NCBI GenBank assembly: GCA_964425325.1 | Contig: CAYRLX010000004.1 | Coordinates: forward strand, 4,577 to 68,576 | Reading direction: 5' to 3' | Length of the DNA: 64,000 nt | DNA from: an uncultured Muribaculaceae bacterium | GTDB lineage: Bacteria > Bacillota_I > Bacilli_A > RF39 > UBA660 | Part shown: positions 1-7,560 of the stretch, piece after piece | Numbering within the stretch: the first letter of the stretch is position 1 | Layout of the letters: the number at the start of each line of letters is the position of its first letter | The notes under the pieces: model-generated | What the model saw: the letters and a program-made list of their open reading frames with translations, nothing else | Told to the model about the DNA's origin: nothing | The model's database searches: none | Translations under genes and position numbers: made by a program

Positions 1-806
1 AAATTATTATACTCAGGTAAATATTTTCTAAAATGCTCATCTTTGCAAAATGCATCCAAATAAATAAATACAGGATTACCCTCTACCTTACCAGGATCAT
101 CTATTTTTAAATGATTTGGATCAGTAAACATACTCATAACCTTTTTACGAATAGTCTCTTCATCATCAGATAAATAAATACAGTTACCAAGAGACTTACT
201 CATTTTAGCCTTACCATCTAAACCAGGAAGACGACTACATATACTGTTTTCAGGAAGCATAGCATCTGGCTCTACTATAATATCGTCATACATATTATTA
301 AAACTTCTAGCAATTTCTCTAGTTTGCTCAATCATAGGAAGCTGGTCATCACCTACGGGAATAACATTCGCATCAAAAGCAGTAATATCAGCAGCTTGAC
401 TTACAGGGTAAGTTAAAAAACCAGCAGGAATACTATTTTCAAATTTACGAAGTTTAATTTCCTCTTTGATAGTAGGATTTCTCTGTAATCTTGCTAAAGT
501 AACTAAATCCAAATAATAAAAAGTTAGCTCACAAAGTTCAGGAACATGAGACTGAACAAATATAACACTCTTCTCTGGATCAATCCCACAAGCTAAATAA
601 TCTAAAGCAACCTCTATTACATTATTTCTAATCTTCTCTAAATTATGAGCATTATCAGTAATAGCTTGAGCATCAGCAATTTCTATATATATCTCATCAT
701 ATTCACCTGAATTTTGAAGTTCTACCCTTCTTTTTAAAGAACCGACATAATGACCTAAATGAAGTTTTCCTGTTGGTCTATCACCGGTTAGAATAATTTT
801 TTTCAT
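1..806 (-). CDS. trpS: tryptophan--tRNA ligase, C-terminus cut by window edge
   Basis: Manual minus-strand translation from ATG at 806; the ORF runs off the window, so it is absent from the track. Sequence [24 protein letters not shown]...[11 protein letters not shown] shows an HLGH (HIGH-type) motif and KMSKS. RBS AAGGAGGG lies upstream. Confidence 0.9.
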   Translation of the reverse strand, partial: MKKIILTGDRPTGKLHLGHYVGSLKRRVELQNSGEYDEIYIEIADAQAITDNAHNLEKIRNNVIEVALDYLACGIDPEKSVIFVQSHVPELCELTFYYLDLVTLARLQRNPTIKEEIKLRKFENSIPAGFLTYPVSQAADITAFDANVIPVGDDQLPMIEQTREIARSFNNMYDDIIVEPDAMLPENSICSRLPGLDGKAKMSKSLGNCIYLSDDEETIRKKVMSMFTDPNHLKIDDPGKVEGNPVFIYLDAFCKDEHFRKYLPEYNN

Positions 807-922
807 TGTATTCCCTCCTTAAATATTAAAACATCTACAAACATTATAACACATCTTGATTTATGTGAAACATTTTAACAAATATTAAATAGTTTTATTC
901 CACTTATCATAGCAATACCACT

Positions 923-951
923 TTGACAAACATATGTAATTGTGTTAATAT
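923..951 (+). promoter_or_regulatory. sigma-70 promoter of sRNA (TA locus 1)
   Basis: TTGACA (923-928), 17-nt spacer, TGtTAATAT extended -10 (943-951). Nearly identical to the promoter at 54872-54900. Confidence 0.6.
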
Positions 952-957
952 GAATAT

Positions 958-1074
958 GTCAAGGAAACTTGCATAAAATAAAAATGGGAACATTCAGTTT
1001 TGCTTTGTTGAATGTCTACCCAAAATAGTTTTGATTAGACATTTAATCTAATGTAGATTAAGTGTCATTTTTTT
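958..1074 (+). ncRNA. structured sRNA of about 115 nt, candidate type I antitoxin (locus 1)
   Basis: Strong promoter upstream. Intrinsic terminator GACATTTAATCTA-ATG-TAGATTAAGTGTC plus T-run (1038-1074). Homologous to the RNA at 54907-55019, with compensatory changes in two stems. Its 3' end is antisense to the 3' end of the 30-aa ORF. Confidence 0.5.
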
Positions 1075-1157
1075 ATTACTACTATCATAATGATAAGGAG
1101 AAATAAAATGATAGAAATGAGCTTTAAAACTTTTATTATAAAAGTCTTAGTTTTCAC
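1065..1157 (-). CDS. 30-aa hydrophobic peptide, candidate type I toxin (locus 1)
   Basis: GTG start 9 nt after GGAGG. Peptide (V/M)KTKTFIIKVLKLISIILFLLIIMIVVIKK has a basic N-terminus, one TM helix and a KK tail. 14/30 residues identical to the peptide at 55010-55102. Below the ORF-track size cutoff. Confidence 0.5.
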   Translation of the reverse strand: MKTKTFIIKVLKLISIILFLLIIMIVVIKK

Positions 1158-1222
1158 TATATCAAACCTCCTCTCTATAAGAGATTCGGTAGACACTCAA
1201 ACAACTAAATGTTCCTAAATCA

Positions 1223-1251
1223 ATTATATCAAACAAATGTTTTTAAAACAA
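1223..1251 (-). promoter_or_regulatory. promoter of toxin-like mRNA (locus 1)
   Basis: On the minus strand: TTGTTT, 17 nt, TGaTATAAT. The leader contains GGAACATTTAGT...GAGTGTC, conserved in locus 2. Confidence 0.45.
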
Positions 1252-1307
1252 TAAACTTTCCCAATATTTTAAGCAAAAGAGAACTTTTTAAACCAAAGTT
1301 CTCTTTT

Positions 1308-3047
1308 TTAATCTTTAAGTATTGCTTTAATTCTTCTAACTCCACTACCATTAGATTGTTCTTTTTTAATCACGAAGTGACCAAGTTCTCCAGTATGCTT
1401 AACATGAGGCCCTCCGCAAAGTTCTTTAGAAAAATCACCAATAGAATAAACAGTAACTATATCAGGGTATTTTTCTATGAATCTGCACTCAGCTCCACTT
1501 TTTAAAGCTTCGTCTTTACTCATTTCATCTATAGTAACAGGATAATCACCATTTATCCATTCATTAACTAAACTTTCCACTTTGCTAATTTCTTCTTCAG
1601 TTAGTTTATGATCACAAGGAAAATCAAATCTAAGTCTTTCAGTAGTTATATTACTACCAAGTTGATGAACATCAGGACCAATTACTTTCTTCAAAGCCGC
1701 ATTAAGTAAATGAGTCGCTGTATGATATTTAGTTTCAGTCTCACTATGACCCATAAGTCCTCCTTTAAACATACCTTTTGAAGCAGTTCTAGACTTTTCT
1801 TGATGCTCCTTAAATTTTTCATTAAAGCCATCCACGTCTACATCCATACCACGACTCTTAGCCTCTTCTACAGTAAGTTCTATAGGAAAACCATAAGTAT
1901 CATATAATTTAAAAGCGACTGTTTTATCCACAGTTTTAGTGTCTCTAACAAGCTTGTCAAACTCTCTTAAGCCCTTTTCAATAGTTTTGTTAAATTTTAC
2001 CTTCTCATCTTTTAAAACAGACAAAATATAATCACTGTCAGAAAGTTCTGGATAGTATTTTTTATATTTATCCATTATAAGTAAACTAATCCTGCTATCC
2101 CAATCACTATTTATATCTATACCAAGTGCTTTTGCATAACGAATTGCCCTTCTAATAAGACGTCTTAAAATATAACCTCTATCGGTATTACTAGGTTTTA
2201 CATGAGAAGGATCAGCAGCAATAAAAGTAGCAGTTCTAATGTGATCTGCAACAATTCTCATCTCTTTTTCATGTTCTTCATAAGATAAGCCAGTAATTTC
2301 ACAAATTAAATCGATAACATCCTTCCAGATAGAAGATAAATAATTATCTGTTGTTCCTTCAATGACAGATACAATTCTCTCAAGACCCATACCTGTATCG
2401 ACATTCTTCTTAGAAAGCTCACTTACATTACCACTTTCATCCTTATAAAATTGCATAAACACATTATTCCAAATTTCAACCCATCTTTCGTCTTCTGGAT
2501 CAAACTTTTTAGGAACATCTTCCTCACTTCTAAAATAAAAAATCTCAGTATCGCTACCACATGGACCACTTTCACCAGCAATCCAAAAGTTATCAGATAA
2601 ATAAGCAATTCTATCATCAGAAATACCAAGATCTTTCCAGATAGATACAGCCTCATCATCACGAGGAATACTATCATCTCCAGCATATACAGTAACCGCA
2701 AGTCTATCTAAAGGAATTCCTAAAATTTTAGTTAAAAATTCAAAACTATAGCCGATAGATTCTTTTTTAAAATAATCACCTAAACTCCAGTTACCAAGCA
2801 TTTCAAAAAAAGTATGATGAGTTTTATCACCTATTTCATCTAAATCAGTAAGCCTAACACACTTCTGATAATCACAAAGTCTCTTACCATAAGGATGTTC
2901 CTGGCCCATTAAATAAGGAACAAGTGGCTGCATACCAGCTGTATTAAATAAAACCGTTGGATCATTTTCTGGAACAATAGGACTACTTGGTATCTGCTTA
3001 TGCCCATGTTTCACAAAATAATTTATATATTCTTCTCTAACGTTCAT
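1308..3047 (-). CDS. alaS: alanine--tRNA ligase, short form lacking the C-Ala domain
   Basis: Class II AlaRS core motifs FNTAGMQP and HHTFFEMLGNWS. C-terminal editing-domain metal ligands HTATHLL and CGGPHV. Only 579 aa. RBS AAGGAGGTGG. Confidence 0.85.
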   Translation of the reverse strand: MNVREEYINYFVKHGHKQIPSSPIVPENDPTVLFNTAGMQPLVPYLMGQEHPYGKRLCDYQKCVRLTDLDEIGDKTHHTFFEMLGNWSLGDYFKKESIGYSFEFLTKILGIPLDRLAVTVYAGDDSIPRDDEAVSIWKDLGISDDRIAYLSDNFWIAGESGPCGSDTEIFYFRSEEDVPKKFDPEDERWVEIWNNVFMQFYKDESGNVSELSKKNVDTGMGLERIVSVIEGTTDNYLSSIWKDVIDLICEITGLSYEEHEKEMRIVADHIRTATFIAADPSHVKPSNTDRGYILRRLIRRAIRYAKALGIDINSDWDSRISLLIMDKYKKYYPELSDSDYILSVLKDEKVKFNKTIEKGLREFDKLVRDTKTVDKTVAFKLYDTYGFPIELTVEEAKSRGMDVDVDGFNEKFKEHQEKSRTASKGMFKGGLMGHSETETKYHTATHLLNAALKKVIGPDVHQLGSNITTERLRFDFPCDHKLTEEEISKVESLVNEWINGDYPVTIDEMSKDEALKSGAECRFIEKYPDIVTVYSIGDFSKELCGGPHVKHTGELGHFVIKKEQSNGSGVRRIKAILKD

Positions 3048-3573
3048 GTTCCACCTCCTTAACTACCTCCATAACTTTTTCTTCAAGTTCATCGATAGTT
3101 CCGTTATTTTCTATTACATAATCATAATCATTAAAATCATCTAAAGCCGTTTCAGTAGAATGTTTCTGCTCCTCATTAGTTAAATTAGTATCAAAATTAT
3201 TCCTAATCACTTTAATAGCAATAACATCATCAAATAATTTCTTAGGAGTTATTATTTCATCAGGAAATCTAGCATCAGAAATAGTAATGACATCAAAATA
3301 ATAACTATACACCCTAATATCATTACAAAGTCTTTTAATAAAAAAATCCTTATCTATCTTATTTCTAATAACCTCAGTTCCTAAATGTTGTAAAAGTTCA
3401 CGAGGTTTAGTCTCATCTCGGCCATCCCAATCACTTATATTTTTTGCAAACTCTTTTATATAACTTCCATAAGATAAATTTATAACTTTTTTATCTTTAT
3501 AAGCTTTCTTAATAGCTAAAGCCGTAGTATCTTTACCATGTCTCGCTTTACCACAAATAACATATATTTTCAT
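3037..3573 (-). CDS. P-loop kinase, dNMP-kinase-like
   Basis: Walker A GKARHGKDT at the N-terminus and about 180 aa, resembling deoxynucleotide monophosphate kinase family proteins. ATG at 3573 preferred over the track GTG at 3582. The 3' end overlaps the alaS start by 11 nt. Confidence 0.5.
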   Translation of the reverse strand: MKIYVICGKARHGKDTTALAIKKAYKDKKVINLSYGSYIKEFAKNISDWDGRDETKPRELLQHLGTEVIRNKIDKDFFIKRLCNDIRVYSYYFDVITISDARFPDEIITPKKLFDDVIAIKVIRNNFDTNLTNEEQKHSTETALDDFNDYDYVIENNGTIDELEEKVMEVVKEVEHER

Positions 3574-3596
3574 AAAAATCACCCTTTAAAGAAAAG

Positions 3597-4736
3597 TCAC
3601 TCTAAGTGACTATCCTCTTTCTTTAAAAACTCATATCTATCATTATAATACTTAAATATTGTCTTAAAAGTCGCAATCAAAGGAGTAGATATAAGCATAC
3701 CTATTATACCAAAAAAATGACCAAAAACAAGTAAACCAAGTAAAATTGTAACTGGATGAAGCTTAGTAGTTTTTGCCATGATAAGTGGCTGTAAAAAATT
3801 GCCTTCTAAAAACTGAATAACTGCAATTACAATTAAACTAAACACTCCAGTCATAGGACTTTGAGTAAATCCAACTACAACAGCTGGAACGCCACCTATA
3901 TAAGGTCCAGCATAAGGAATAATGTTAGTAAGACCACAAAATAAACCGAATAAAAGTGGTGCTTTAAGACCGCATATCCAAAGTCCAAAAGAAGATAATA
4001 TAAATATTAATAAAGAATCAATAACCGCACCTTTTACATAATTTCTAAGTGATCCATTTACCTCATCCATTATTGAAGAAGTAGTCTCTCTGTACCTTTT
4101 TGGTACCAAATATATTAACTTACTACTACTGTCAAAATTAACTATTAAGAAAAATCCTATTATAAGCCCTAATATAAACGTCCCCAAAAATGAAAACATT
4201 CGGGAAATAAAACCAAGAAAATTACTAGGCATAGTAGTAGTTAACTTAGAAGCAAAATCATTAATACTAGAAAAAATCTCACCTTTTAATTTACTTACAT
4301 CTAAAGAACTATTGGTCTCTACTTGGGCAAAAAAGTCACTAGCCCATCCCCTCATCTTATCGAAAATATAAGGACTCATCCTAATTATTTCCTTAACCTG
4401 TTCAATTAAAAGAGGAATCAAAGAAGAAAGAACTAGATATAATACAATAAATATTATAAAATAAGTAATCGCTGCCCCAAATATCCTTTTAACACCTTTT
4501 CCTTCTAACCATTTAACAAAAGGGTCAAAAAGCCAAGCAATAAGTAAGCCAATAAATAAAGGAAAAACAACCTTAAAAATAGTTTTTATAAAATAAAATA
4601 CTTGAGTTTCCTTAAATATTATAATGACAAAATAACATAAAGCAGCAACAAGCAAAAAATATAAAATTCTTAAAACTTTAGAAGATAAATCTACGACTTC
4701 ATTTACTTTTTTAATATCGACCTTTTTACCAAACAT
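3597..4736 (-). CDS. AI-2E family (PerM/UPF0118) membrane transporter
   Basis: Multi-TM protein with the characteristic C-terminal NIIPYAGPYIGGVPAVVVG block. ATG at 4736 with RBS AGGTGA; the track start at 4745 is GTG. Confidence 0.75.
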   Translation of the reverse strand: MFGKKVDIKKVNEVVDLSSKVLRILYFLLVAALCYFVIIIFKETQVFYFIKTIFKVVFPLFIGLLIAWLFDPFVKWLEGKGVKRIFGAAITYFIIFIVLYLVLSSLIPLLIEQVKEIIRMSPYIFDKMRGWASDFFAQVETNSSLDVSKLKGEIFSSINDFASKLTTTMPSNFLGFISRMFSFLGTFILGLIIGFFLIVNFDSSSKLIYLVPKRYRETTSSIMDEVNGSLRNYVKGAVIDSLLIFILSSFGLWICGLKAPLLFGLFCGLTNIIPYAGPYIGGVPAVVVGFTQSPMTGVFSLIVIAVIQFLEGNFLQPLIMAKTTKLHPVTILLGLLVFGHFFGIIGMLISTPLIATFKTIFKYYNDRYEFLKKEDSHLE

Positions 4737-4745
4737 CAATATCAC

Positions 4746-5291
4746 CTATACACTTAGTAAATCTGTTTCTTTTTCTTTTAATTTCTCATCTACAATTTTA
4801 TTATATTTATTGATTAAATTTTGAATATCATCCATCCTATTATCTTTTTCATCTTCAGTAAGATCATCATTCTTTTTTATGTCATTATTAAAATCCTGAC
4901 GAATATTTCTAAGATTAATCTTACAGTCCTCAGCAATCTGTTTAACTTCTTTAACATAACCTTTTCTAGTTTCTTCAGTTAAAGCAGGTATATTTAAAAT
5001 AATATACTCTCCATTATTATTAGGAGTAAGTCCAATATTAGCCTCATAAATAGCCTTCTCAATATCAGACAAACAACTTTTGTCAAAAGGTTTAATCATA
5101 AGTTGCCTAGCTTCAGGAATAGAAATGTTAGCTAAACTCTTAAGTGGAGTATCACTTCCATAATAACTAACCATAACTCCATCTAATATTGCAGGATTAG
5201 CTCTCCCTGCTCTGACATTAGAAAAACGTTTCTCCATACTATCAATAGCTTTAAGCATTTTATCTTCAGCTAAAATAATTAAATCATCCAT
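4746..5291 (-). CDS. frr: ribosome recycling factor
   Basis: RFSNVRAGRANPAILDGVMVSYYG...LTEETRKGYVK pattern typical of Frr. ATG at 5291 with RBS GAAAGGAG. Confidence 0.9.
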   Translation of the reverse strand: MDDLIILAEDKMLKAIDSMEKRFSNVRAGRANPAILDGVMVSYYGSDTPLKSLANISIPEARQLMIKPFDKSCLSDIEKAIYEANIGLTPNNNGEYIILNIPALTEETRKGYVKEVKQIAEDCKINLRNIRQDFNNDIKKNDDLTEDEKDNRMDDIQNLINKYNKIVDEKLKEKETDLLSV

Positions 5292-5372
5292 AAAAATTCT
5301 CCTTTCATAACTATAACATAAGTATATCATGAATCACCTTTAAAATCACTAAAAATATAAGAAAAAATAAGT

Positions 5373-5401
5373 TTGACACAAATATAATCAAATGATAAAA
5401 T
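5373..5401 (+). promoter_or_regulatory. sigma-70 promoter upstream of the sigma factor gene
   Basis: TTGACA (5373-5378), 17 nt, TGaTAAAAT (5393-5401). Confidence 0.55.
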
Positions 5402-5426
5402 ATTAAACCAGTCAGGGGGGAAAATA

Positions 5427-6884
5427 ATGCTAGAAGGAAAAACACTCTTTGAATTATTTCCAAATTACACAAAAAAAGAAATATTAAAAGCATTTAACAA
5501 ACTAACACCAAAAAGTAAAGAAGTAATCGAACTAGTATTTGGCAAAGATTTAAAAAATAAAGCAAATACTCAAAATTTATCTCAAAGAAGAAAAGATATA
5601 CTGTACTCAACAATAAATCAAACCCTAAAAAGATATCTCAGTAAAGATAACTCAACAACAAAAAATAATATATCAAATAATTTGATACGTGAAACTATAA
5701 AAAAAATAAAATATACCCCGCTTACTAAAGAAGAAGAAACTATATATCTGAAAAAATTAAAACTAGCTTATTACAATTTAGTAGATGATGAAACCAAAAA
5801 ATTATACTTAGACTACTACTGTGAAGTAAATCCAGAATTTAAAGAAAAATATGATAAAGCTAAAGATGAAGAAAAAAAGATACTTTTAAATAAAGCTATA
5901 GAAGATGCAAAAAAAGCAAGAGAACAATTCATTAAAAATAACGAAGGACTAATACTAATTAAAATAAATAAAATAATTGATAATATTCCAAAAGAAGAAT
6001 TATTCCAAGAAGGAAATATTGGACTAATGAAAGCGCTTGAAAAATTTGATGTAGAAGCTGAAAATAAATTTTCAACATACGCAATATGGTGGATAAAACA
6101 CTCCGTAAATAGATACATAGTTAACAATAAAGAAACAATAAGAATTCCATCAAATACTTATACAAAACAATTAAAAATAATACAAGCAACAGATAAATTA
6201 TATAAAGAACTACAGAGAATCCCAACCGCACAAGAAATATCAATAGAAACAAATATACCAGAAAAAAGAGTAAAAGAAATACAGGCAAATATGATATACC
6301 TAATTCCAAAAAGTCTAAGTGAAGGAATTAAAGAAGATAGCGAAGATACATTAGAAGAATTATTACAAGATCAAAAATCTGAATTTGAAGAAAAAATTGA
6401 ACAAAAATTATTAATTGAAAAAGTAAAAGAAATAATTAAAAAACTAGATAATAAAAGCCAAATTATAATAAACATGAGAATGGGTCTTAATGATGGTAAA
6501 AATCATACACTAGATGAAGTAGCGAGTTGTCTTGGAGTAACTAGAGAAGCAGTAAGACTAGCAGAAATTAAAATTCTTAAAAAAATCAGAACTGAGCTAG
6601 AACACCCACTATTAAATACTTCAGAAACTAATACACAAAGCGATACACACAAAAGACAAAATACAATACAAAAAAAAGAAAACTTAAGAAAAACATTACT
6701 AACTGAAATAGCTTTATTGGATGAAAAGACAAGAAAACTATTAGAATTAAAATATAAATATAAATTATCTGACGAAGAAATTGAAGCTTGTTTGAATATA
6801 ACAAAAAAAGATTTACAAAAAATGGAAAAACAAGCCCTACTTTTAATTAGAGAAAGATTAAATACAAATAATAAAACAAAATAG
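5427..6884 (+). CDS. RNA polymerase sigma-70 family factor (RpoD/SigA-like) with extra region-4-like modules
   Basis: Region 1.2 (YTPLTKEEETIYLKKL), region 2 (NIGLMKALEKFDVEAENKFSTYAIWWIKHSV), region 3 and region 4 (LDNKSQIIINMRMGL...TLDEVASCLGVTREAVRLAEIKILKKIR). Additional region-4-like segments at the N-terminus (LTPKSKEVIELVFGKDL) and C-terminus (LDEKTRKLLELKYKYKLSDEEIEACLNITKKDLQKMEKQAL). Confidence 0.8.
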   Translation: MLEGKTLFELFPNYTKKEILKAFNKLTPKSKEVIELVFGKDLKNKANTQNLSQRRKDILYSTINQTLKRYLSKDNSTTKNNISNNLIRETIKKIKYTPLTKEEETIYLKKLKLAYYNLVDDETKKLYLDYYCEVNPEFKEKYDKAKDEEKKILLNKAIEDAKKAREQFIKNNEGLILIKINKIIDNIPKEELFQEGNIGLMKALEKFDVEAENKFSTYAIWWIKHSVNRYIVNNKETIRIPSNTYTKQLKIIQATDKLYKELQRIPTAQEISIETNIPEKRVKEIQANMIYLIPKSLSEGIKEDSEDTLEELLQDQKSEFEEKIEQKLLIEKVKEIIKKLDNKSQIIINMRMGLNDGKNHTLDEVASCLGVTREAVRLAEIKILKKIRTELEHPLLNTSETNTQSDTHKRQNTIQKKENLRKTLLTEIALLDEKTRKLLELKYKYKLSDEEIEACLNITKKDLQKMEKQALLLIRERLNTNNKTK

Positions 6885-6886
6885 TA

Positions 6887-6908
6887 AAAGGAAGCAAACG
6901 CTTCCTTT
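6887..6908. terminator. bidirectional intrinsic terminator between convergent genes
   Basis: AAAGGAAGC-AAAC-GCTTCCTTT hairpin flanked by A/T-rich runs. Confidence 0.65.
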
Positions 6909-6912
6909 TATA

Positions 6913-7551
6913 TTATCTTTGTATACTTCTAATAGAATATTCAGAAATCATATTTTCATAAGGACAATTACAGTTATCATCAACATAATTATCAATTTTA
7001 TCTATATACTCCTGCAAACTCATAGATGAATTATATTCGTGATTTTTCATTACGTTCATGTGGATATCTAACTCAGAAAAACCATTTTTCTTTAAATGTT
7101 CATTAATCTCATTCATTTCTTTTGAAAACTCTAATAGTTTTTCCTTTTGAAAACTATTAATCACTTCAGGAAGCCAAATAAAACAATAACCATATGAAAG
7201 CATCTGTATACTGATTAATCCAAAATCACCATTTGCATATCGCCAAGCATCATTACTATTATCTCTACCTGAAGAAGTTCTAAAATAAGGACTAAATACT
7301 TTGTAATATTCATTTGTTTCAACAGTACTACCATTATCATACAAAGCCCCACCAACATTTTCAAAAACTAAAGAATGAGAAGACGGAGAATAACAATAAA
7401 ATTCCTGTTTTCGAGAAATAAAACCACAAGCGCCTTCTCCTAAATAAATATTATTATTCCTATCAAAAAATTCAAATAGATCAAATTCATCATTTTGCAT
7501 AGCAAGTTCAGCTAAAATTTCTTTCGTATTTACCATTTTTGCTAAATCCAT
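6913..7551 (-). CDS. hypothetical cytoplasmic protein
   Basis: Clean 212-aa ORF directly downstream of the 761-aa gene (9-nt gap). No recognisable motif. Confidence 0.6.
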   Translation of the reverse strand: MDLAKMVNTKEILAELAMQNDEFDLFEFFDRNNNIYLGEGACGFISRKQEFYCYSPSSHSLVFENVGGALYDNGSTVETNEYYKVFSPYFRTSSGRDNSNDAWRYANGDFGLISIQMLSYGYCFIWLPEVINSFQKEKLLEFSKEMNEINEHLKKNGFSELDIHMNVMKNHEYNSSMSLQEYIDKIDNYVDDNCNCPYENMISEYSIRSIQR

Positions 7552-7560
7552 ATAAGTCTC

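Noticed and set aside
807-1060. Expected a T-box leader upstream of trpS
   Set aside because: No T-box consensus (AATTAGGGTGGTACCGCG-like) or specifier/antiterminator arrangement is visible on the minus strand. The region is instead occupied by the plus-strand sRNA with its own promoter and terminator.
1080-1210. Plus-strand small ORFs opposite the two toxin-like peptides: MIEMSFKTF... (36 aa) here and MIQMYLKSLIT (11 aa) at 55061-55096
   Set aside because: They differ completely in length and sequence between the two homologous loci, whereas the minus-strand 30-aa peptides are conserved. They are antisense artefacts.
1209-1505. Track ORF 1209..1505 (+), and similar antisense ORFs: 2423..2701, 5311..5493, 5816..6127, 6121..6309, 7588..7797, 8515..8796, 10598..10831, 10650..10934, 16975..17166, 19604..19798, 20876..21067, 20956..21303, 25400..25603, 26826..27017, 28116..28839
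   Set aside because: All lie inside, antisense to or out of frame with long conserved genes. They have low-complexity AT-codon composition (I/L/F/K/N-rich) and lack an RBS. They are typical spurious ORFs of AT-rich DNA.
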